DNA of 64,000 bases from Octopus bimaculoides (Eukaryota). The stretch lies in contig NC_068982.1 in NCBI RefSeq assembly GCF_001194135.2, positions 25,441,657 to 25,505,656 on the forward strand, written 5' to 3'. The position numbers and the translations under genes are program-made. This document shows positions 53,895 through 64,000 of the stretch, piece after piece; within the stretch, counting starts at the first letter, position 1, and the number at the start of each line of letters is the position of its first letter. The notes under the pieces are model-generated. The model saw only the letters and a list, made by a program, of their open reading frames with translations. It had not been told where the DNA came from and did no database searches.

Positions 53895-54189
53895 TGTATA
53901 TATTTGTGTCAATGTTTGTCTGAATCAGGCATACATCTACTTGGAACTGACAGTAAAGAAATGCTGAGAAAAGCACAAAGAAATCTTGTGCATTTTAAGA
54001 GCGGTGATGAGAGCATTTGCCTTGACCAGAAATGTACTGAAAACACAAACGAACAGCATTCTGCATGCATGTCTCTTCTATATAACCGTCATGTCTGCAC
54101 GCTTAAATACAAGCAAGTCATAGGTTTCTGCAAAGAAAAAAAGGACAACGAGAGGCCATGGCTGAAAAAGAAAATGGAGTGACCCATGC

Positions 54190-54365
54190 TAGGAATAAGT
54201 TTGTGGGACGATATTCGAAACGAGATAATTCTATAACGTCATCTAATGTGAATGTTATTGCCACGTAATACCGAAAGCATAAGTTCCGCCAGATCAGATA
54301 TGGTCTAAAGGTAAAGACGTGCAGGAAGAGACTACTCAGAAGGCCTCCAAGATGATGGGAAAATA
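54190..54365 (+). mobile_element. Decayed RTE-like LINE C-terminal fragment
   Basis: GISLWDDIRNEIIL resembles the RTE 'GI(S/T)L.D.IRNE.IR' motif. Confidence 0.4.
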
Positions 54366-55196
54366 ACACAAACTTTTCAGGCTGAAATGGAAAAGATGAG
54401 AGCAATCGAACAAATACTTGAGGCGTATCGTGAATAAGAACATCTGATAGTCTGTTCGATAGTGTAATAGAGCAACATCATCCCTCCATTCTTTTACCAG
54501 CTGCTATTATACAGAAATTCAGATAAAAACCGTACAATGTTTTCAAACCTACTTATTTAAGTATTGTATTTTTCATGGAAAAATAGATTGCGTATTTATG
54601 TATTCATTCCTCGGTTTTATATAATTCTCGGAATTGTCAAATTAAGATCGTAATTAATCCTTACTCATGATCACCTTCAGAATATAAAATGTATTTGATC
54701 GATCAGATTGCGTCATTCATATTAGCATTAGAAACAATGCTTACACATTTGAATTAATGGAAAGTTTTACAAATGACAAACAACTTTGTTTTCCATCAAT
54801 CACCATGAAGAGCAAAAACGTCTACTTAATTTGTATTTAAGACGACGTGCTTTTATTTCGAAAAAAATAATAACATATAATTATGCGCATAGACATTTGT
54901 CCTATACTGACATGTGTAATCAATCATAATTTACTGCCATAGGATAAAAGGCCAAGAGGACATAGTGCTATCCTGTAAAGAGGAGGATACGTAGTTCGCA
55001 TTCTCTTATGATCATCTCAAAATTGCTTTAATTTTTAATGATTCCTTTGGGTAATCTTTTAATAGCTATAATATTGAAACCTAGACTAATGCAATATTCA
55101 GTTATCTCACTCCTAAACGACAGTAACTTCTCTTAAATCGTTTTTGTATTTACTTGCTAAATTTAGTTGAAGAAATCATGGATCATAGTCTATTAT

Positions 55197-55433
55197 TTAT
55201 TCCTTTATTGCCTACAGAGGGCTAAACTTAGAGGGGACAAACAAGGACAGACAAAGGGATTATTAAGTCGATTACATCGACCCCAGTGTGTAACTGGTAC
55301 TTATTTAATCAACCCCGAAAGGATGAAAGGTAAAGTCCACCTCAGCGGAATTTGAACTCAGAACATAACGGCAGACGAAGTACCGCTAAGCATTTCGCCC
55401 GGCGTGCTACCGATTCTGCCAGCTCGCCACCCT
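55197..55433 (-). mobile_element. SINE family A, full-length young copy with 14-bp TSD
   Basis: Reverse complement of the 62593-62820 sequence. TCATAGTCTATTAT flanks both ends (55183-55196 and 55434-55447). Confidence 0.93.
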
Positions 55434-55703
55434 TCATAGTCTATTATCAATACTACACTTTCCCATGGATAAGACACTTACTCTCTCGATCTATACATGA
55501 ACCATTAAAGTAGTGCTAGATAGCAGTCTAATACGTTTTTTGATAATTGTCTCGGATCAAACAGACATTTAAGAAACGCTTGGGCGTGATCGAAAATTTA
55601 CATAGCTGAAGTAGCGTCTTTCAAATGTGTAACCTATAGTTTGTTAGAAGCAGCGTATTATAGATCTTGAATAGTTTTGGCCTGGAGGTCAAAGGGAAAT
55701 ACA

Positions 55704-55748
55704 TGAGCAATATTTGGTGCATATTATATATACACCAAATATTGCTCA
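55704..55748. repeat. 16-bp perfect inverted repeat with 13-nt AT loop
   Basis: TGAGCAATATTTGGTG ... CACCAAATATTGCTCA. Confidence 0.9.
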
Positions 55749-57746
55749 GAAACTTTTCATGATAAGAAATCAAGAAGCATATCCATTGTACTTGCCCTTG
55801 AGTAATTATCGGTTATGATTTTATGCTATAGCAATCACTTTATCAATCAATCAAATTCATTTATCAATTTTCATTTATCTAGCCGATGTTATATAACATA
55901 AATCAATAAATCTCATTTCCTAATCTAGTGAATATGTGATCAACTACATTATCTTCGAAATAGTACTTCAACTCGTTATAAGTGAGCTTTGATTGTTGTT
56001 GTTGTTGTCGCTGTTGCTGCTGCCGCTGTTGTTGGTGTTGTTTAGCCACATGAAAACTCGATTGAGCAGATCTGAAAAAATAACATAAATGTCATCCTCA
56101 CGTTTTATTTTAACAATAGCTTTGATTACATAAGAAAGGCCTATAACACAGACTAGTTCAAATGTAAAGTAAACACGATTGCAACAATAATGGACCATCA
56201 TTAAATATCGCTACTAAAAACAACAGCTATATTTCATTTTGTAGTGTAGTAACCAGTAATTTTATTAGAGCACCGTTGTATATAATTAATCTGCAGTTTA
56301 TCTCTTCGAAAAAATTATGACTTATAGTTTAGTCTTGGGTATTTTTAATATGCTCTTAATATTCTCACAATCACAAAGGCTGGTATGACTAAATAATTTG
56401 TTGCATTTATTCTGGTACTTATAGAATATATTATAAACCTTAGAATTATACAATATTGTAGGGCGGCTAACTGGCAAAATCGTTATCTCACTATGCAAAG
56501 GCTTAGCAGCATTTCTCAAGTTCGGAGTTCAAATTTTGTCGAGGTCGAATTTGTCTATCATTGATGAAATGAGTACCAGTTAACACTAGGGTGGATTTTA
56601 TCGACCTTCCCCTCCTCCGAAATTGCTGGCCTTGTGCCAAAACTTGAACCCAGTATTATATCATTTTCTAAATATGTTAGATCAAATTTATACATGTTGC
56701 CGATATGAACTCAGGGAATAGTTGTTGGGACTAAATAACATTTATCTTTTAATCAATGATCTACATTTCTAACACTATTTTTACTTTTGTCAACTAAAAA
56801 AGTTTTCTAAATTTATTTTGATTCACATTACTTTAAGAACCTGATGAAAAAATGTCAAGAAGATCTCTTTCTTTTTTTTCCTTTTTTTATTTTTTCCACA
56901 TGATGCGAATAATCTATTGCATAAAACTGAAATTGAAACGTATATTTACATTTCAGAAATGATTGGTCTGAGAATGCGCTACCACTCAAAAGAACTCATC
57001 AGAATGAATCAAATCCAGATTTACTCGCTTAGTGAATATAATAAAATCAAACATCATACTGACAACCATGATGAAATAGAGTGTGAAGAAAAGGTCATGG
57101 AATATCATTTGAGCTTTGATAATTTATCCATTAAGTCAATATGCAGACAGAAATTTACATTATTTTTCTTCATTAATTTCTGTATTTTTCTTTCTTCATT
57201 AATTTGTTTCTTCTTTTCTTTTTTCCTTTTTCTTTTTTTTTGGGGGGGGGGATATTCGTCTATACAAATGGTCTGATGCTAAAAGTTTACCTAATGCTAA
57301 ACTATTTTCTTAAGAGAAAATGTCTGTTTGTTTAGTCATATGATAATTAGAATCTTTAATATTAATAAGATCAAGCAATCTATATGACGCCAATCAGCAA
57401 ACACATACACACATACACACATACACACACAGGCATATGAGCATGTGTCCGCTGCTACAAGACATGTAAATCTGAATCCATCTATTTACTGATGCTTTAA
57501 CATATTTTGTACTAACGCTATCGTATTCTATTTACTTATACACTTTACATTTTTAGAGAAAATTTTAATTTTAATTATATTATGTAATTCTAAAATTTCT
57601 GTATGCTTCATGATAACATTTTTGACGTTCATATGATATGCTACTAATATTGCTAAGAATTCTATCTCAATGTATCGCTAGCAAACACGTTGTACATTTC
57701 AGAACAGGTTTTATTCATTTTTTATTATATATTTTCTCTTCCACAG

Positions 57747-57759
57747 GCATACTTATTAA
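57747..57759 (+). CDS. Candidate downstream exon of the peptide gene (would add -HTY*)
   Basis: Strong acceptor ATTTTCTCTTCCACAG|G. Joining AC|G CAT ACT TAT TAA keeps the frame. Speculative; other acceptors exist. Confidence 0.22.
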
Positions 57760-60700
57760 GTTGGACTCTCATAAAACGAACACCTACGTGAAAACTTTTT
57801 CAGAAATATCATGGTAATTCTAGACAGGAAATTAGAGAGAAACTAACTGTCACATTTGCTGTGACAGTTTTATCGTCAAAAGTATTGGTTTTAAAATGGT
57901 AGGTTTCATTACGAACACAGTAAAAAGAAAAAGAACGACAGAAATATAACTAGGATTAAATATCATTGTGCTATACTTGGCTTTTAGTTTGACAATTTTG
58001 ACATTTAATTTCTCATTCTACTTCGATTATTGAAGAAGAATCTAATTGGGCATTGTAATTCGTAAGAAAAATTTAAATACCAGATGAACTTTAGTTTTAA
58101 TTCTGAAAATTCGTTGAAATATGACTGCGGCTGAAAACGTATTATCACCATGAAATAGTTTCATTCTAACTGCGGCAATGATATTGATGATAAGGATGAT
58201 GACGACAAGAGTGACATTCATCACAGTTATCACTATTATTGACGATGCCATCGCCGTAATCATTAATATTTGTCTGTGACCTTGCGTTTCTGATTTATAG
58301 AAGACAAGATACACTAGGATAACAATCTGAAAGAAGTGAGCAAGTGAATATATAGCAAATAACAATTTTAGTCAAATATATATTTATCTTTAGACAGCTT
58401 GTTATATAATCTTTTGTATACAAACTTAATTTTACAGTGAAAATTATTCCTCTTCTAGAGGTGTTTGTGGTCGAAAATTCCTTTAATGGCACAGCACCTG
58501 ACCGATATATTGAGTTCGAAATAAGTGTAGACAGTAAAAACTCCGAATAGGAGGTTGATGATTACGTATTTTAGACTAAAATAGTCTTCGGAGACCTAGG
58601 TAACATATTTACACTGATAGAATTAATGATATCCTTTGATGTTTAGAGAATTGCATAAATTAACCCGATCGCTTCACGACTAATCAATTCAATATTCATT
58701 GACTGCGACGAGTAGAAACATCCTCATATTCAAATTGACAAACTATCCCGTAGGAGCAGAAAACAAATCATTGCATGCATAATTATTGTTATGCTTTCTT
58801 ATAAACCATTGCTACGAAACAAAAGTGGCTTCAGTGTAGTGACCGAAACATCAAACATTGTAATAATTGAAATACCTAAACGTGTTTACATTATATATTA
58901 TTTAAATACAATGACTTTCTTTGGAGTGCGTCCCAAGTTCATTGATAATCGGCGTGAAGAATTTAGTTATGATATATAACAAAAACGAATATTCAAGATT
59001 AAGCAATACACTGCTTTTTGAATTATCCAATATACATTTCAATAATTTTCAAATGCTCAACATGAGACGTAGCATATCTTCATTAAGAAACATTTTTTAC
59101 GGTGCCTGCAAGTATTAGTGATTTTCTGTACTCACACAAATGATATTTTTACTTGTATATTTAACCTGATCAGAGGCAATAAGTTTAAGACCGTCTTGTA
59201 TGTGACGTGTTGTAGGATGTATAAACTGTAGTAGACTTATTCTTTAATAATATACAAAATTAATTAAAATACCAGCAGCGAAGTCTCTTACTAAAATCAT
59301 CGGCTTGTCTTCAATAGACCGGAATTCATAGGTATTTCTAGCATTTAAATGCTGTATAAATAGGCTGCGTTCATTAGTAACTCACCTCCTGCCGCTTGTG
59401 GACGTGTACGCTATACAACATGAAAAACACTTCTGCTGCTAACGTATCCGAGTCAACTTCCATCCACCTCTCACCGAACCACGCTTCAACCCCGAATCTG
59501 CATCGCTACAATGAGACTTGCATAGCCCTAATACCCAACCTTCACACTCCACAAATCTGTCCTACATGCATGTTTGTATACTTTTCATTACACGTTATTT
59601 TTTCACCAGCTCTATATTTTCCCACTTTCCTCTCTTTCACTTTCCCTCCCCTTGATTCTAGCGTAACGATGGTCTCCATGATGACTTTACGAAATGTCAC
59701 CCTCGATTTAATACACAGATCAATCTCAAGGTCGAGTCTAACACTACTGCTGACATCGTCTGCCTTCCTTTCCCACCTATTAATGCCTCTTAGGTTAGTA
59801 ACATCCTACAAACACTAAGGGAGTGTATACTCTGGTTTTCACAATTAGTTTAGAAATGAAAGAAACTGAAAAATAAATATGCTATGTAATGTTTAATAAA
59901 TATCTTTCAGAAAAAACGCAAATCTTACAGATACTTTGAGGAAGTCAGAAAATGTTTCATATATGAAAGTGCCAACTAATATAATTAACGTAGTGATCGT
60001 AATAAAATTACTTAGTTGAAATTACAACCTTAATAACAAAAGTAATTAGAATTAATGATAATTATCATCGTGTGATCAATGAAAAGAACTCCAGTTTTCA
60101 ATGTGATTAAAACTAAATAGTTACAGCAGTGTTGAATCCGTCTTGTTTTTGTTTAAGCTCCATAGTTACTAATGCCTCTTGTCGATTTTTGGTAAACGGC
60201 TAAGTGTAAGTTAATTATAAGCATAACCTCTTCTAAACTGCGATTTAATGAAATAGTTGTGTGTTGTAATTCTATGGCAGTTTTACGTGTGAATTACTAA
60301 AGGTATGTGGTAACTTACTTATTCTTATATTTTATATAATTTTAGAATCGGTTAGCGGAATGTGTCAGCTATTTGTCATTACACACGTTATTCTTATCTC
60401 ATTTACAAATAAAGCCCCCGCTTAACATTAAACAACTTAGATTTTTTTATTATTTTTGCAATGTATAGATACTTTATGATCATCTTTCAAATATATATAT
60501 AGGTAAGACGGTAGTTTATGTCTATGTTAATAGTACACAATCTTTTTAATTGTCACTTGGATAAACTTTCGATCAACTATAATGATAACAACTTTTATTA
60601 TATTTCAGATTTATGCAAGAAGAAAAATACAAAATATTTGAAGCATACTTAAATTTCATCACAACATAACAAGTAGAAAATTGTGAAAAAGTAAAAGACA

Positions 60701-62592
60701 TTTTATACAGATATTAACTCGTAAAGCATTTCTAGATGTCCTACATTGTCTATATTCTTCGTTTTGATATTGTCTTAGTTTTACAAATATGGAAGAGTTT
60801 GCGATAGGTTCACGTGATCAATATCTGAAGCAAAGGCTTGAAATATGTTAGAATATATCTCTAAAATTTAGTAGTGCTAACGCTTTGAGAATGCCAAGGT
60901 GTGGGTATAAAACCACTTCATTCAAAATGGTTTTAGCTTCAATTCCAGTCTCGAAATTTTAGTGGGAGGCGATTATATTGCAACCTAACTTCAACACTTC
61001 AACATCACTATAATACCATACTCTTTAATGTCTTATTGCGGATATGTTTATTGCATATTTAAAAAAAATACAATTCCATGTGCACATTCATTTTAGGCCT
61101 TAAACATATTTTCAATTATATATGTTGCTGTGGCTGTTCTGACGAAAACACATGGTTGAATTATCATTAAATTTATTTTTCTGTATTATTTAATCTTTCT
61201 TTCCTCACCTTTAAGCATTTGTAATATATAGAACAATATTAGTATTTTATCAACAAATCAACAAAGTTGCCATTCACAATGTGTTTACTGTGTTCTGTGT
61301 GTTTACATATCCTTGAAATTTCACGTATTTATGAAGTCTTGTATTGTAGAAAAAAAAACAAAAACTAGTGTCCTCACATGTATAGGAAATTGTTCAGTTA
61401 AAAACAAATGGTGAGCTTATGTTCTACACAACAGAAATAAAGATTTCATTCTTTGGATATCGTGTTCTTTTTTATCATATCGTGTTTGTATATTTTACAT
61501 AAACATCCAGTTGGGATACAGTAAAATATTGAATTTATATAATTGACCAAAGACCACCTATTTGGAAGTAATAGATACCAAACCTCCGGTATGCCTACTA
61601 AATGTATTTGCAATGCTAGAAATTAGAAAATTATTTTAAAGTTCTATTTAAAAGTTCTAAATAATCTACATATCTTATGTCACAAATGCGAACAGCCAGC
61701 TCTCTGAGTGAAATGTGTTGCTAGTAAGAGAGTGGTTGTATCTTTATTTTTCAATTTCTCCCTTACAACTTTGCCTTCTTTCGATATCTAATCCAGTTGT
61801 ATTCTTACATATTTGTCTTTCCAGTATTATGTACATATATAAACGTACATATCCTCTGTTTTTATTGTTTTTTCAGATACTTATATTTAAGGAAATAATG
61901 TTTGTCCGCTCTAATTTCCAAATCGTTCGACCGAGCTAACTCGGAAATTTCACTAAATAAACTCTTTAGTTTAGAATTGTTTAATGTTTCGAGACCTGCA
62001 GTCTCAAACATCGTATCGGTATTTAAAATCGAAGACGTAGCCAGCTCTTGAGGGCTGGCAAATCTCATAAAGAGGAATCAATGAAGAGTGAAATAGTTTG
62101 TGTCTAAAAACCGTCGAACTTTGGAACAACCATCTTGCGAACACCATATCAACCAAAACCGTTCGTTGTGTCCATAAAGCTAGATAATACGGGAGAGTTG
62201 CAAGCTTTCCAGTTTTATATTAATATAGATGAATATAAAATATAATGGTGTCTGGATTATCAGACATGGTCACTAGCTTAGCTGTACAAGCAAAGTATTT
62301 TTCTGTAAATTGAATTATACTTGCTGAAGTACTATGTTAATGTTTAATGTTACTACGAGCCGTACGATGACACTTATCTACTAAATCAAGTAGAAGTGAC
62401 TATAATCTTATCCGTAAGCCCTAAATAGCTGGCGCTACACCACTATGTGGCATTTGTAAATGATTCTCGGAATTAAAAAAAAAAATTCATTTAAATATGA
62501 GTATAAAGATAATTGTTCTTGATTATTTCAACATCATTTAGATATTTCCTCATAAGATATTAAACTGCAATCGCATCATCAATGATACGATT

Positions 62593-62820
62593 GGCGAGCT
62601 GGCAGAAACGTTAGCACGCCGGTCGAAATGCTTAGCGGTATTTCGTCTGTCTTTACGTTCTGAGTTCAAATTCTGCCGAAGTCGACTTCGCCTTTCATCC
62701 TTTCGGGATCGATAACTTAAGTACCAGTTACGCACTGGGGTTGATGTAATCGACTTAATCCCTTTGTCTGTCCTTGATTGTCCCCTGTATGTTTAGCCCC
62801 TTGTGGGCCATAAAAAAAAA
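62593..62820 (+). mobile_element. SINE family A, full-length young copy with A-tail
   Basis: GGCGAGCTGGCAGAAACGTTAGC head (A-box-like), GAGTTCAAATTC (B-box), A9 tail, and an imperfect 22-bp flanking duplication. Confidence 0.93.
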
Positions 62821-63160
62821 CAAGATATTAAACTGCTATTGCAGTTTAATATTGTAAACATATTAATTTTCAAGATCATAATGAAAATTCCTAAAGAAAT
62901 TATAATTAACGCATGTGCCAATTTGTTTACGGCAAAATTTAGCTACTAAAGAGATTAATTAATTGCGGAGCATTTTCAATGGGGAAATCTATACACATGA
63001 TTTGATAGATGCTGTCTTTGTCTAAAGTTACCTGGTTTGCTGTCATGTAAAAGATAACAAGATACTCAATAACTTTAGTCCGAATAACATACGCAATCAC
63101 TCAATCCGATGCTAAAAGAAACCGATATCACATCAATGCACCTGATGTCAGTCGAATTCA

Positions 63161-63162
<2 letters not shown>

Positions 63163-63218
<56 letters not shown>

Positions 63219-63590
63219 TAGTCTTATTTTTATTGCGTGCTTTCACTTCACTGCCGAGCGCAGCTCTGTTTGCCTTGGGTATGTGCTGTGCTTTGTTGTG
63301 ATGCTCTGATGGTTACTGTATTAAAAGTGTTTTAAGTAGGACGTGTGCGGTGCTTAGTAGTGCTATTTTCTGTATGTTATATATATTTCTTATCCCAAGT
63401 GTTTTTGTTATGTATTTGTGTGAATATTTTTTTATCATACCTAATGCGCCAACTATGATAGGAATCGTTTCTGATTTTAGACTCCACATTCGAGTTACCT
63501 CTATTTCTAGGTCTTTGTATATTGAAAGTTCTCCATTTCTTTTAGAGAAACGTTGCCATCTGTTGGTATTGATGCATCCGCGTTGAATAT
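63163..63590 (-). mobile_element. 5'-truncated R4/Dong-like LINE 3' end with (TAA)n tail
   Basis: DASIPTDGNVSLKEME, frameshift, then LSIYKDLEIEVTRMWSLKSETIPIIVGALGMIKKY...NIQKIALLSTAHVLLKTLLIQ*. The 3'UTR ends ...AAGACTACTGAATAATAAT(AAT)n. Confidence 0.9.
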
Positions 63591-63967
63591 CCAGTGAAAG
63601 CTCTAGTATCACTAAATAACTAACTAAAATAACATCCTCAATCGACCACTGGATGCATAAATATCTTCAACAAGAATTCACTTAAATTTCGATTAGAAAG
63701 TTTTCAATCTCAAAAACTGATAGACTGAACGTTTCCTACACTCAAGTATCTAACAATGAAATGAATAAGCTGTTATGTCATGCATTCAACTAAATGTTGG
63801 ACAGTATTTTATTTACAGATTCAACTAATCTTCATATTTACTTAGGTGTAAAAGTGTTTTCAACACACATATACACACGCACGCACACACAAATACACAC
63901 ATGCACACGCATAAACATATATATGTATATATGTATACATATATATGTGTGTGTGTATGTATGTATG

Positions 63968-64000
<33 letters not shown>

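Noticed and set aside
56917-57276. 119-aa ORF with a hydrophobic C-terminus
   Set aside because: The Phe-rich tail derives from a T-rich low-complexity run; no motif support.
58042-58365. Hydrophobic 107-aa minus-strand ORF resembling transmembrane helices of a GPCR
   Set aside because: The hydrophobicity comes from the antisense of a degenerate (GAT/CAT)n tract; no receptor motifs or convincing splice sites.
59396-59818. 140-aa ORF in a C/T-rich block
   Set aside because: No recognisable domain or splice context; more likely a decayed repeat.
62593-62670. tRNA-like heads with A/B boxes (several loci)
   Set aside because: No complete cloverleaf; they continue into SINE bodies, so they are SINEs rather than tRNA genes.

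Overview
AT-rich, repeat-saturated animal genomic scaffold with 10 N-gaps and many microsatellites. The SINE families look like those of octopus; that is pattern recognition, not a database hit. There are no operons, rRNA, intact tRNA genes or CRISPR arrays, and almost every ORF-track entry is a microsatellite, N-gap or antisense artefact. One convincing host coding exon lies at 50552-50814 (+). It has a clean splice acceptor and donor and encodes a signal peptide plus a Tyr/Asn-rich, six-cysteine mature peptide that I cannot assign to a known family. The rest is mobile DNA: a mariner DD34D fragment, a near-complete decayed Tc1 element with TIRs, a Tx1/L1-like retrotransposon abutting a (TTC)n tract, four R4/Dong-like fragments (three end at (TAA)n/(CAA)n tracts), two MITE-like elements and at least three tRNA-derived SINE families. 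Other notable structures are a 359-bp partial tandem unit carrying a degenerate minimal type I hammerhead ribozyme, and two ~340-bp near-perfect palindromes that each start exactly at a gap edge.
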